A program made the position numbers and the translations under genes. Positions 7,634 through 17,517 of a DNA stretch of 64,000 nt are shown piece after piece. The notes beneath the pieces are model-generated. The model was not told the DNA's origin, made no database searches, and saw only the letters and a list, made by a program, of their open reading frames with translations. Within the stretch, counting starts at the first letter, position 1. The number at the start of each line of letters is the position of its first letter. The DNA comes from an uncultured candidate division Zixibacteria bacterium. GTDB lineage: Bacteria; Zixibacteria; MSB-5A5; RBG-16-43-9. The stretch is from positions 1,824,001-1,888,000 of the forward strand of contig OY970208.1 in assembly GCA_963713865.1 (NCBI GenBank). The letters run 5' to 3'.

Positions 7634-9595
7634 CTAATAATTGTTCGGATACTTATAGCAGATCAGTGGCTTGGGTCCTCCTTTAAAAAGATAATTAATT
7701 AACCATACCACATCTCCTATAAAGGGTCTCCCATCACAATTCGCATCTGCCATATCTCTAACCGGCATAGGCGCTGGACCACCTTGCATTAGATAAGCTA
7801 TTAGATAATTCACATCTGATATATTAATAGATTTATCATTATTTACATCACCTCGACTGATAGCTAAAAGCGCCCTGAAAGCATTTAAACGACCGTAGCC
7901 ATAATTTTCACCTTTCCAAACAGTATCATCATTTATTCCACCAAAGATATAACTGGAATCTTCAGCTGATTTACAAACTATATTCATTACCTGAGTTCCA
8001 TAAAGGGTATCTTGTGGATAAAGAAGTTTGTATTGTGACAATATCAGTGCACATGATGCAGCCACTTGTGGAGCAGCTGCAGAAGTGCCACCGAATGCAC
8101 CATAATAGTTAATGTTAGCGGGAGTTGGAGGATAAACGTATGTGGGATTATAACCTCTCTCCCCTATAAGGTCGGTGGTATAAATGTTACCATTACCTAT
8201 CCCTCGATTACCGCTTGGAGCTACCAAATCTAACTCTAGCCCTGGACTGCTATACCAGGCAACATTATCAAGGCTATCTGTAGCTCCTACTGCGAGTACC
8301 GTGGGAAGATTGGCTGGGAATTCTACACATCCCTGACCGTATTTATTTCTGTTGTTTCCTGCTGAGAATACCACTACCCTGCCTGTTGGATTATTCCAAC
8401 TTGGTTGAACAAATTCATTAATTGCATCAGCAATAATATCACTATAATAATAACAGGGAAAAGCCCAGCTACAACTGGCTATATTTGCTCTATATGAAGC
8501 AGCCCAATAAAACGCATCCGCAATTATAGTTTCGTCTCCTGACAATTGGCAACACTGATTATAACCCTGATAAAAGCAGGGAGACTGAGAATCATCCTCG
8601 CCAAATTTTATGACTACAAGCTTACATTCGGGTGCTAAGCCAGCTACTCCGATAACACTATGAGCTCCTGCAATCAAGCCAGCACAAGCCTGTTCGTGAG
8701 CACAACTATCACCAGGACTGGCGTCCCAATCTGTCTGCGGGTTATATACGTCCTCACCTACAAGGTCTATTCCGCCTGCAAAAAGGTCAGGAGGAAAATC
8801 CTCATGGGTTTCCACACCCTGCCCTATAACAGCAATTTTTACAGAGGAGTCCCCCATACTTACATCCCAGGCTAAAGGTGCGTCAATATCCGCATCAAAT
8901 CTTCCACCAGTTTGCCCCAGATTATGATAGTTCCATTGATAGACGAAGAAGGAGTCACTCGGCAGGCTGTGCAATCTCAGTTCTGCGAAAAAATTCGGAT
9001 GGGCATATATAGTTCTCGAGTCCTGATAATATTGATTAGAAGTTACAAGAACATCTTTATTAATGAAGCCGGTGAGTTTAAGAACATAAACATTGCACAG
9101 CCCAAGTATTGACTTATCAACGACCACTCCATAGTGAGAGTTAAGAGAGTCTATCTCAGCACGAGTGGCTTCCGGATAAAATTTAACCACAAATTCATCC
9201 GTTGCAATTAGCTCAAAGGAATCTGGGGTCAGATAAACTGGATTTGCAAGCACAATTTCTGCCTTTGCTCTAAGTCTTAAAATCAAGGTTTCAATATTGT
9301 TCTCTGGAAGAACATTAAGGATGTGAAACTTATTTAGTATGAGTTCCGGTGATATTGTGGGATCTAAGGAGCTATCAGTGGTAACGAAGTTTTCAATCTC
9401 CTGCTGAGTTAAAGTAGGTATGAATTTCACAGCCACTTTCTTGGGTGAAAGAAACAATGCCCTCTGTTCTCCCCCTCCGTAATAGTAATAGTTAACCTGT
9501 GCAAGAGCAAATGAACTCGTAAAAATGATTGGTAAAATTATAAGAAAACCTCTAAACCAGCTTGTTATTTTGGATAGGCATTGAAAGAATGACAT
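7634..9595 (-). CDS. Secreted S8 subtilase-like protein with propeptide and C-terminal dockerin; atypical catalytic motifs
   Basis: Signal peptide, FSAGN, GTSAAAP, YGYGRLNA; GDVNNDKSINISD/DANCDG dockerin; Asp motif reads VIGQG and His motif HEQAC. Confidence 0.85.
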   Translation of the reverse strand: MSFFQCLSKITSWFRGFLIILPIIFTSSFALAQVNYYYYGGGEQRALFLSPKKVAVKFIPTLTQQEIENFVTTDSSLDPTISPELILNKFHILNVLPENNIETLILRLRAKAEIVLANPVYLTPDSFELIATDEFVVKFYPEATRAEIDSLNSHYGVVVDKSILGLCNVYVLKLTGFINKDVLVTSNQYYQDSRTIYAHPNFFAELRLHSLPSDSFFVYQWNYHNLGQTGGRFDADIDAPLAWDVSMGDSSVKIAVIGQGVETHEDFPPDLFAGGIDLVGEDVYNPQTDWDASPGDSCAHEQACAGLIAGAHSVIGVAGLAPECKLVVIKFGEDDSQSPCFYQGYNQCCQLSGDETIIADAFYWAASYRANIASCSWAFPCYYYSDIIADAINEFVQPSWNNPTGRVVVFSAGNNRNKYGQGCVEFPANLPTVLAVGATDSLDNVAWYSSPGLELDLVAPSGNRGIGNGNIYTTDLIGERGYNPTYVYPPTPANINYYGAFGGTSAAAPQVAASCALILSQYKLLYPQDTLYGTQVMNIVCKSAEDSSYIFGGINDDTVWKGENYGYGRLNAFRALLAISRGDVNNDKSINISDVNYLIAYLMQGGPAPMPVRDMADANCDGRPFIGDVVWLINYLFKGGPKPLICYKYPNNY

Positions 9596-9643
9596 ATTGC
9601 ACCTCCTTGTGTGAATAAGGTTTGAAATATTACTCCCTAACTA

Positions 9644-10738
9644 TTAAAGAGCAATGTAATGCAGGGACATATTTCTTGGGCTGGGCCAGATTATAGCATT
9701 AACCGCTTCATTTTTAATTAAATCCAAAATTATAATCTTGTCTCCACAAGTGCTAACATACCCTTTTTTGCCATCCGGGGTTATAGCCATCCAGATGGTG
9801 GGAAGTGGCTGGTGATAGACTGTATCCCAGAAAGCCTCAGTCGAGATATTAGGCAAAAGGGTGTTGGTCTCAGTATCAAACAGCACGATTTCCCCTGAAG
9901 GAGGTAGCCCTATTGATATACAACCACCCCCTTCACCAGGGTCGGTAACGTAAACATATTTGCCATCTGGTCTCATCGCCATATTCCCGCCCGCATGTAT
10001 AGGAAAAATGGCAATCAGACTATCTTTTTCTATGTCAAATATCCCCAAAAGAGTTTGAGTGTAGCCGGTTAAAAAATAGACCTTCTTGGAATCAGGGGAA
10101 AGAACAAAAGTACCTGTGCCTATCTTCCTGCCATCTGGATAGTGAAGATAGATAGTCTTCTCCCACTTCATCCTTATATAATTAAAGGCCCTTATACTGG
10201 GGCCCTCGGCAGCTCCATAGAGAAGCGGTGCTTTTTTATCAAACCACACAGGTGAAAAATCGATGGTTTCCGCATAAACTAATTTATGTGTGTGGGCATC
10301 GAAAATATGGAACTCATATAAGGGAGATTGCCCAAATGATTTAAAAAGATACCTGCCATTCGGTGAGACTATAAAGCTGGTATTTGGTCCGATATATTTG
10401 AATCTCTTGGTTCGCGTATCGATCTCACAGTTAATTACTTTAGTCGTGTGAGTTACAGTATCCCACTCAAGTAGCCTTGCGTAGAGGGTCCCCTTATCCG
10501 GAGAAACTGAGAAGATAAACGGAGAGGCATTAAGGCTTATGGAATCAACTACTAAATCTGTCTCAGTTGAAATTACGTAGATATTATAATAAGGATATCC
10601 ACTGGTATTTCCTGCATATAGATATATAGGTTTGGGTTGATATCTGGTTGGGTTTTTAGTGCAGTTGTAGTGTATAAATAAAATAAAGAAAACAACGCTG
10701 ATTAATAGGACAAATCCTATTTTGATTTTACCTTTCAT
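9644..10738 (-). CDS. YncE/YVTN-like beta-propeller, probable lipoprotein
   Basis: Hydrophobic N-terminus ending in Cys; repeated SPDG/TPDG-K-x-x-YV blade motifs. Confidence 0.7.
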   Translation of the reverse strand: MKGKIKIGFVLLISVVFFILFIHYNCTKNPTRYQPKPIYLYAGNTSGYPYYNIYVISTETDLVVDSISLNASPFIFSVSPDKGTLYARLLEWDTVTHTTKVINCEIDTRTKRFKYIGPNTSFIVSPNGRYLFKSFGQSPLYEFHIFDAHTHKLVYAETIDFSPVWFDKKAPLLYGAAEGPSIRAFNYIRMKWEKTIYLHYPDGRKIGTGTFVLSPDSKKVYFLTGYTQTLLGIFDIEKDSLIAIFPIHAGGNMAMRPDGKYVYVTDPGEGGGCISIGLPPSGEIVLFDTETNTLLPNISTEAFWDTVYHQPLPTIWMAITPDGKKGYVSTCGDKIIILDLIKNEAVNAIIWPSPRNMSLHYIAL

Positions 10739-10906
10739 TTTGACCCCTTTAATTAGTAGATTTTTTTTACTCCCGCCCTAAGGGATATTCTTATCTCAAA
10801 TCAACTCAAATCTGAGTATAAAATAGATTACTTTAATAACTTTGTCAATTACTTTTTTGAGAAAAATTATAACTTATTTTATATCCCTATCTCTTACTTC
10901 CTGAAA

Positions 10907-10933
10907 TGAAGATAAGTCCTGTTCTGCCGATAA
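10907..10933 (+). promoter_or_regulatory. Sigma28-like promoter upstream of the pilR-like gene
   Basis: TGAA-N15-GCCGATAA. Confidence 0.6.
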
Positions 10934-11015
10934 AATTAAAGCAGATTATAAATACAGGCTAAAGGCAAAAGGCTATAGTCTATTTAATAATTCCAGTAAG
11001 ATATTTGAGGGTAGT

Positions 11016-12377
11016 ATGGAAAAGGCTAAAATAATGGTTATAGATGATGAAGAGAGCATGTGCCGGTTTATGCAGATAATGCTGCAGAAAGAAGGATATG
11101 AGGTAACCTCTACCGTAAGCAGCAAAGAAGCTTTAGAGGAGATAAAAAATAAAAACTATGATTTAGTGATCGCAGATCTGATGATGCCGGAGATGAACGG
11201 TTTGGAGCTTTTATCCCGGGCTAAATCTATTTCTCCGGATATAAACTTCATCGTTATGACCGCTTATGCCTCGGTTGATACTGCTATCGAAGCTCTTAAA
11301 AAAGGTGCCTTTGACTATATCACCAAACCGTTTAAAGTAGATGAGATAAAAATCGCTATAAAGAAATCATTAGAACAGAAAAAAATAACAGAGGAGAATA
11401 TAAATCTTAAACGGCAGTTGAAAAAAGAGTTCGGCTTGCATAATCTAATCGGTAATTCTCCAGAGATTATTCAGTTGAAGAAATTAGTGGAGAGGGTTGC
11501 GGAAACTGATAGCACTGTTCTGATCCAGGGGGAAAGCGGGACCGGGAAAGAATTAGTCGCTAAAGCCATCCATCAGCTAAGCCATAGAGTAGATCAACCC
11601 TTTATCACCATTAACTGTGCAGCTCTGCCGGAAAGTCTTCTGGAAAGCGAGCTTTTCGGGCATATAAAGGGGTCTTTCACCGGAGCAGTAAGGGATAAAG
11701 AAGGGCTTTTCCAGGTGGCTGATCAGGGAACTTTTTTCATGGATGAGATCGGGGTAACCTCATCAACTATTCAGGTGAAACTTTTGAGAGTATTAGAGGA
11801 AAAACAGTTCACTCCAGTGGGAAGCACCAAACCAGTGGATGTGGATGTAAGGCTTATTGCCGCCACGAATACAAATTTAGAAGAGGAAGTAAAATTAGGG
11901 AATTTCAGATCTGACCTTTATTACCGACTTAATGTAATTCCTATACATATCCCACCTCTAAGGGAGAGAAAAGGGGATACTGAAATCTTAATAAGATATT
12001 TTATTAAAAAATATTGTGATAAACTGGGGGTTTTAGAGAAGGAGATTTCTTCTGAAGCTATAAGTAGTTTGGTCAGCTATCCCTGGCCTGGAAATGTCAG
12101 GGAATTAGAGAATACCCTGGAGAGAGCAGTTCTCTTGACATCAGGTGAAATTATAGATCTGAATTCCCTTACCCAAAATATCGTAGAGAATAAACCCTTA
12201 GGGTTTATTCGGCCAACTCAACCTGAGATCCCAGCTTTGGAATCAATAGAGAAAGCATATATCTTCTGGGTATTGAATCAAACTGGCTGGCAGAAAACCA
12301 AAACCGCCCAGATACTGGGGATAGATGCTTCTACCCTCTACCGCAAAATAGAAAGATATAATCTCAAAGAGAAATGA
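11016..12377 (+). CDS. Sigma54-dependent response regulator (NtrC family, PilR-like)
   Basis: Receiver domain, GESGTGKE, ESELFGH-x-x-GSFTGA, WPGNVREL, Fis-type HTH; upstream of pilins that carry a sigma54 promoter. Confidence 0.93.
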   Translation: MEKAKIMVIDDEESMCRFMQIMLQKEGYEVTSTVSSKEALEEIKNKNYDLVIADLMMPEMNGLELLSRAKSISPDINFIVMTAYASVDTAIEALKKGAFDYITKPFKVDEIKIAIKKSLEQKKITEENINLKRQLKKEFGLHNLIGNSPEIIQLKKLVERVAETDSTVLIQGESGTGKELVAKAIHQLSHRVDQPFITINCAALPESLLESELFGHIKGSFTGAVRDKEGLFQVADQGTFFMDEIGVTSSTIQVKLLRVLEEKQFTPVGSTKPVDVDVRLIAATNTNLEEEVKLGNFRSDLYYRLNVIPIHIPPLRERKGDTEILIRYFIKKYCDKLGVLEKEISSEAISSLVSYPWPGNVRELENTLERAVLLTSGEIIDLNSLTQNIVENKPLGFIRPTQPEIPALESIEKAYIFWVLNQTGWQKTKTAQILGIDASTLYRKIERYNLKEK

Positions 12378-14308
12378 AGAATCCTTCCAAATCCTGTGAA
12401 TACAAATATGGACATAAGTCCTGGTTTTTAGCAGTACTTTTTTTCACGACTTTCCTGTGGGTATACTGGAGAACTTCCTGTCCAACCATATTCTGGTGGG
12501 ATAGTGCAGAATTTGTAGCCGCCATTGCTACTCTGGGCATACCACATCCTCCGAGCTTTCCTTTATATGTTTTACTGGGTAAAGCTTTCTCGTTTTTACC
12601 TGTTTTCTCTTTATCTTTAAAACTGAATTTACTTTCCGGTATATTCTCTGCGCTTAGCCTGGCGATTTTCTTCCTGCTTTTTCTAAAGGTTACCCGGATA
12701 TTCCTTTACGAATTAGCTAAAAATGAAAAATTACTTATTTTCTCTTCTACGCTTTTGCTTTTAGTGGCGGGATTGAACTATGCCTTCTGGATTCAAGGAG
12801 TCAGGGCAGAGGTCTATTCTTTAAACGGTTTACTCTTTATCCTCTTGTTCTTTTGTGGAGTAAACTACTTGGATGGATCTAATTTTGATCAAGTTCCAGA
12901 CGGGATCGATCTGGAGAAAATTAGAACTTGCCAGAAAAATCTCCGCTGGCTATATCTATTCTTTTTTGTTTTTGGATTAGGGATGGGAAATCACAACGTT
13001 ACTTTGTTATCTATATTTCCAGCTTTCATTTATCTTTTTATCTTTAATGATTTTCATAATTTCCTTAAGCTGAAAAATTTGGGCATCTCCTTTATATTTT
13101 TTATCTTAGGCTGCAGCATCTATCTTTATCTACCTTTAAGGGCAATTAACTCACCAGCTTTGAACTGGGGGAATCCTTCTAATCTGGGAAAGACCATAAC
13201 TGCGGTCCTGGCATTAAAATCTGTTAAACAGATAGGATTTGCCCTGAATTATACCCTGTGGGAAAGGACTAAAGATGCCTGGGGGATGATCTACTCGCAA
13301 TTAACTTTTTTACCTTTTTTCTTAAGCTTAATCGGGTCGCTTTGTTTGATAAGGAAAAATTTCAAGTTATTTATTTTCTTTCTTCTCTTGATTATCGGGA
13401 ACTCGTTAACCATTATAGTTCTTCCCTCAGAGTTTATCTCCACCAGCACAGATTTTCAGGGGTATATACTTCCTACCATCTTATCTTTTGCTTTTCTTTT
13501 TGGGTTGGGAGTTTTATTTATACTGAAGAAAATAAATGAATGGGTGAGAAATACAGAGTTTAGCCCGGGTTTTAGAAAAAGTCTGGTAATTGTGTTCTCC
13601 TCTTTCTTTCTTTCAATTTCTTTTTTGCCATATTTGACATTTAACCGACTGGCTGATTTATCTAAAAATGATCTGGCTTATAAATATGGAAAAGGAGTTC
13701 TATCTCAGGCAAAGAAGAGTGCAGTTTTGTTTATCGACAATCCCAATCTCTATTTTATACTTTGTGCTCTCAAATATGGGGAGGGGTATAGAAATGATGT
13801 TGCGGTTTTAGACCGGGGCTTGTTAAAAGCGAAATGGAACTGTCAACAGGAGAGAAGTAATTATCCTGAAAATTTTTCGGGTATCAATTCTGATTTAACC
13901 GGTGAAGACCTGTTCCTGGCTTTAATGAGTAAAGGATTGCGCCAGAATTTACCACTATATCTGGAATTTACCGAGGGGGACTCAGACTTGATTGATTTTC
14001 TCTCTCCTGCTGGTTTCCTTTTTAAGATAGAGAAGAAAATTACGACTAAATTTCCAGATGAAATTTTATACAAGCAGATGGAATTTGAAGAGAAGTATTT
14101 TACCCAAAAAGAGGAGAGGGCTTTTCTATATGATTATGATGCTCAGAGGATGTTCGTATTTATAACTTATCGCTGGGGACTTTACTATGAAAAAAAGGGA
14201 ATGTTAAAAGAAGCTTTAAAGAATTTTTCTATGGCTGGAGAACAGGATCCTTTTAATCTTGAACTTCAATGGAGGATTGAAACCTTAAAGAATAAAATTC
14301 AATCCTGA
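12374..14308 (+). CDS. DUF2723/TMEM260-like GT-C membrane glycosyltransferase with C-terminal TPR
   Basis: WDSAEF...LGIPHPPSFPLY, AEVYSLN, YLYLPLRA...LNWGNP; many TM helices; 4-bp overlap with upstream gene. Confidence 0.85.
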   Translation: MKNPSKSCEYKYGHKSWFLAVLFFTTFLWVYWRTSCPTIFWWDSAEFVAAIATLGIPHPPSFPLYVLLGKAFSFLPVFSLSLKLNLLSGIFSALSLAIFFLLFLKVTRIFLYELAKNEKLLIFSSTLLLLVAGLNYAFWIQGVRAEVYSLNGLLFILLFFCGVNYLDGSNFDQVPDGIDLEKIRTCQKNLRWLYLFFFVFGLGMGNHNVTLLSIFPAFIYLFIFNDFHNFLKLKNLGISFIFFILGCSIYLYLPLRAINSPALNWGNPSNLGKTITAVLALKSVKQIGFALNYTLWERTKDAWGMIYSQLTFLPFFLSLIGSLCLIRKNFKLFIFFLLLIIGNSLTIIVLPSEFISTSTDFQGYILPTILSFAFLFGLGVLFILKKINEWVRNTEFSPGFRKSLVIVFSSFFLSISFLPYLTFNRLADLSKNDLAYKYGKGVLSQAKKSAVLFIDNPNLYFILCALKYGEGYRNDVAVLDRGLLKAKWNCQQERSNYPENFSGINSDLTGEDLFLALMSKGLRQNLPLYLEFTEGDSDLIDFLSPAGFLFKIEKKITTKFPDEILYKQMEFEEKYFTQKEERAFLYDYDAQRMFVFITYRWGLYYEKKGMLKEALKNFSMAGEQDPFNLELQWRIETLKNKIQS

Positions 14309-14473
14309 GAACGGTTCAAGGGATTGGTAAAAATCTGAACAGAGATAAAGTCTCGCATTTCGCAAGTAAATAAGCGAAACGCCTTCTTTTTTAGAATGAA
14401 AAAGAGAAAGTTCATTTAATAGATACTAACCAAGTACATTGTCTTAAAGAAGTTATAAATTAGAGCTTTTGTA

Positions 14474-14488
14474 TGGCATATTATTTGC
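14474..14488 (+). promoter_or_regulatory. Sigma54 -24/-12 promoter of pilA1
   Basis: TGGCATATTATTTGC, GG-N10-GC. Confidence 0.8.
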
Positions 14489-14567
14489 GATAAATTCAGT
14501 TAAAATTGGAATCACCAACACCCAAAAAACCAATAACCTTAAAAGAAAGGAGAGGGGGTGAAAAAAG

Positions 14568-14996
14568 ATGCTGAGTAAAATGAAAAAAGGGCAGAAGGGT
14601 TTCACCCTGATCGAGTTAATGATCGTAGTGGTCATCATCGGTATATTGGCAGCTTTAGCTATACCGAGATTTATGAAGGCAACTACCAAGTCCAAACAGT
14701 CTGAGGCAAAGACGATTTTGAAGCAGATATATACCATGCAGCATGCTTACCGACAGGAGTATGATGCTTACTGCTGTAACGGAGCTTCAGCCGCAGCGGA
14801 TGCTTCTATCCCGGTACTGGGAATTGATATTATGCATTCTGCCAGATATACTTATACCATAACTTCGGCGACTGCATCTGCTTTTCTTGCTACTGCTACT
14901 GCTACTGTGAACCTGGATGACGATGCTACTGTGGATACCTGGACAATTAATGATGCTGGTACGCTTATCAATACCATCAATGATGCTCAACTCTAA
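14568..14996 (+). CDS. pilA: Type IV major pilin, copy 1
   Basis: [24 protein letters not shown] class III signal; strong RBS. Confidence 0.92.
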   Translation: MLSKMKKGQKGFTLIELMIVVVIIGILAALAIPRFMKATTKSKQSEAKTILKQIYTMQHAYRQEYDAYCCNGASAAADASIPVLGIDIMHSARYTYTITSATASAFLATATATVNLDDDATVDTWTINDAGTLINTINDAQL

Positions 14997-15017
14997 TTAA
15001 TAAGGGGCAGGAGAATA

Positions 15018-15056
15018 GGTTAGCCCAGTCCGCCTCAGGCGGGCTGGGCTAACTAC
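15018..15056 (-). repeat. GTAG-footed long hairpin between the two pilins
   Basis: GTTAGCCCAG-TCCGCC-TCA-GGCGGG-CTGGGCTAAC-TAC. Confidence 0.75.
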
Positions 15057-15080
15057 GACAAGACTCAAAAGAGAATAAAA

Positions 15081-15500
15081 ATGGCTCGCAGAAAAGAAAA
15101 AGGATTCACCCTGATCGAGCTAATGATCGTGGTGGTCATCATCGGTATATTGGCTGCTCTGGCTATTCCCAGATTTATGCGGGCTACTACTAAGACTAAG
15201 CAAACAGAAGCAAAACAGATATTGAAGCAGATATATGCAATGCAACATGCTTACCGGCAGGAATATGACTCTTACTGCTGTAACGGAGCTTCAGTTGTGG
15301 CGGATGGTTCTATTCCGGTTCTGGGAATTGATATTATGCATACTGCCAGGTATACATATACCATAGCTGCAAATGCGAATACTTTTACAGCTACCGCTAC
15401 TGCAGATTTAGATGATGATCCAGCCATAGACACCTGGACGGTAAGCGATTCTGGAGTAATAAGCTGTACCATTAATGATGCCAATAGCTTAGCTTTGTAG
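15081..15500 (+). CDS. pilA: Type IV pilin, copy 2 (close paralogue)
   Basis: Identical mature N-terminal helix; shares YRQEYD-x-YCCNGAS and [11 protein letters not shown] with copy 1. Confidence 0.9.
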   Translation: MARRKEKGFTLIELMIVVVIIGILAALAIPRFMRATTKTKQTEAKQILKQIYAMQHAYRQEYDSYCCNGASVVADGSIPVLGIDIMHTARYTYTIAANANTFTATATADLDDDPAIDTWTVSDSGVISCTINDANSLAL

Positions 15501-15607
15501 AATCTTTCTACATTTCAATTTCCCCCCTATCAAATCTTAAAATATTTTTATATATACTTTTGGCTCTCTTGGTGGGCCCCTTTCAAGGTCGCCTGGTTGA
15601 ATAAAAT

Positions 15608-15650
15608 AGAAAGCTAAAGTCTCAAGACCTTGATGGCTTTCCCCTACATT
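15608..15650 (-). repeat. Long-loop variant of the RAYT-associated REP
   Basis: Minus strand aatgtaggggaaagccatcaaggtcttgagactttagctttct matches 26734-26778. Confidence 0.75.
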
Positions 15651-15761
15651 TTTATTTAACATTCGGTATTCATCATCAGTCATTTGATATTAGCTTAATA
15701 TTTATCTTGAAAAAAAGAATCAATTTTTATATCTTCCTTAAAACTTATTGAGGAGAAACAG

Positions 15762-16751
15762 GTGAATCTAAAAGGTAAAAAAGTTTTTATCACCGGGGCA
15801 GGTGGTTTTGTGGGGAGCCACTTAGTTGAAACTTTAATTAAAATCGGAGCTAAGGTTAGAGCTTTAGTTCATTATAATTCCAGAAATGACTGGGGGATGT
15901 TGGAGGATTTAGATAAGAAAGTCTTGAGAGAAGTCGAGGTGGTAACTGGTGATATCAGGGATGGAGAGGGGATAAGATGGATGATCAAAGATCAAGAAGT
16001 CGTATTTCACCTTGCGGCTTTGATCGGTATCCCTTATTCTTATGTAAACCCAAAAGACGTTATCGAGACTAACGTTTTGGGGAGTTTAAATCTTCTTTTG
16101 GCGGCTTTAGATACTAATATAGAAAAGTTCGTCCACACTTCTACCTCAGAAGTTTATGGAACAGCTAAATATATACCAATGGATGAAAAACATCATTTGA
16201 ATCCCCAATCTCCTTATGCGGCAAGTAAAGTTAGCGCTGACCAGTTAGCTTTGAGTTTTTACCATTCCTACAATCTGCCGGTTGGTATAATCCGTCCTTT
16301 TAATATCTACGGGCCAAGACAGTCAGCCAGAGCCATCATACCTAATATAATTATGCAGGGGTTAGAAGGCAGAAAGATTAGACTTGGTTCTTTTTCCCCT
16401 ACCAGGGATTTAACCTACGTCGAGGATGCGGTTAGTGGTTTTATCTGTTTTGCTCAATCGGACAAAACGGTAGGAGAGATAGTGCATATAGGTACAAATC
16501 AGCAGGTCTCGATATTAGAATTGGTGGATTCAATCGGGCAGATGCTTCATAAAAACCTGACCGCTAAATCTGAGAGAAGAAGGGTTCGACCTTATAAAAG
16601 CGAGGTGGAAAGATTAATGGCTGATATCTCTAAAGCTAAAAGACTTTTTAACTGGAAACCAAAAATCAGCCTGGGAAAAGGGATAGAAAAAACGATTAAA
16701 TGGATGAATGAAAACTCCTGGAGATATAAAAAAGAAATTTATAATATCTAA
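15762..16751 (+). CDS. NAD-dependent NDP-sugar 4,6-dehydratase (LegB-like)
   Basis: GAGGFVG, HLAALIGIPYSY, STSEVYG, SPYAASK. Confidence 0.88.
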   Translation: MNLKGKKVFITGAGGFVGSHLVETLIKIGAKVRALVHYNSRNDWGMLEDLDKKVLREVEVVTGDIRDGEGIRWMIKDQEVVFHLAALIGIPYSYVNPKDVIETNVLGSLNLLLAALDTNIEKFVHTSTSEVYGTAKYIPMDEKHHLNPQSPYAASKVSADQLALSFYHSYNLPVGIIRPFNIYGPRQSARAIIPNIIMQGLEGRKIRLGSFSPTRDLTYVEDAVSGFICFAQSDKTVGEIVHIGTNQQVSILELVDSIGQMLHKNLTAKSERRRVRPYKSEVERLMADISKAKRLFNWKPKISLGKGIEKTIKWMNENSWRYKKEIYNI

Positions 16752-16754
16752 AAA

Positions 16755-17477
16755 ATGTCCGAAACCGAATCCGTAGGAAAAACGATAATATTGGCTGGAG
16801 GAGAAGGGAAGAGGCTCAATCCCTTCACTATCATTTTACCCAAACCTTTAATGCCGGTTGGAAATATCCCTGTCTTAGAGGTGATAATTAAACAGCTTAA
16901 AAAATATAAGTTTACCGATGTCATCTTAGCAATAGGTTACTTAGGGAACTTGATACAAACCTTTTTCGGAGATGGTGATAAATTTGGAGTAAAGATAGAG
17001 TACAGTTATGAGGATAAACCTTTAGGCACGATGGGACCTTTAAGTTTAATACCCGGACTCGATAAAACCTTTATGGTTATGAATGGCGATCTTTTAACTT
17101 CCCTTGATTACCGAAAACTTATCGATTATCATGGTTCTAAAAGACCTATAGCCACAATTGCAGTACAAAGAAGAGAAATTGAGACAGATTACGGAGTTTT
17201 AGAATATGATAAAAGATATGTCTTAACTAAATACAGTGAAAAGCCCAAACTTCCTTACCGGGTGAGTATGGGTATCTATATCTTTGAACCAGAGATATTG
17301 AATTTCATACCCCGGAACAAAAAATTCGATTTCCCGGAATTAATGAGCCTTTTACTTGAAAAAGGGGAAAAGGTTTTAGTCTATCCCTCGACGGATTACT
17401 GGTTGGATATCGGCAGGCCTGAAGATTACCGGAAGGCGATTGAAGAATTTAACAAGATCAAGAAACAGATTTTATAG
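16755..17477 (+). CDS. Sugar-phosphate nucleotidyltransferase
   Basis: LAGGEGKRL-x-P-x-T...PKPL, PLGT-x-G, MNGD, W-x-DIG. Confidence 0.9.
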   Translation: MSETESVGKTIILAGGEGKRLNPFTIILPKPLMPVGNIPVLEVIIKQLKKYKFTDVILAIGYLGNLIQTFFGDGDKFGVKIEYSYEDKPLGTMGPLSLIPGLDKTFMVMNGDLLTSLDYRKLIDYHGSKRPIATIAVQRREIETDYGVLEYDKRYVLTKYSEKPKLPYRVSMGIYIFEPEILNFIPRNKKFDFPELMSLLLEKGEKVLVYPSTDYWLDIGRPEDYRKAIEEFNKIKKQIL

Positions 17478-17517
17478 TTTATTTTAAATTCATTTTCTAA
17501 TTAGTTGACCAAAAAAG

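Noticed and set aside
15018-15056. attC site
   Set aside because: Order is GTTAGC...GCTAAC, the reverse of RYYYAAC...GTTRRRY; no extrahelical bases; it has a GTAG REP foot
14568-15500. Electrically conductive (Geobacter-type) e-pilins
   Set aside because: Mature PilA1 has 10 F/W/Y in 131 aa, Ala at position 27 and long aromatic-free gaps; it does not meet the usual criteria
14568-15500. DGR template/variable repeat or silent-cassette pair
   Set aside because: Differences are not adenine-specific, both genes are full length, and no reverse transcriptase is present
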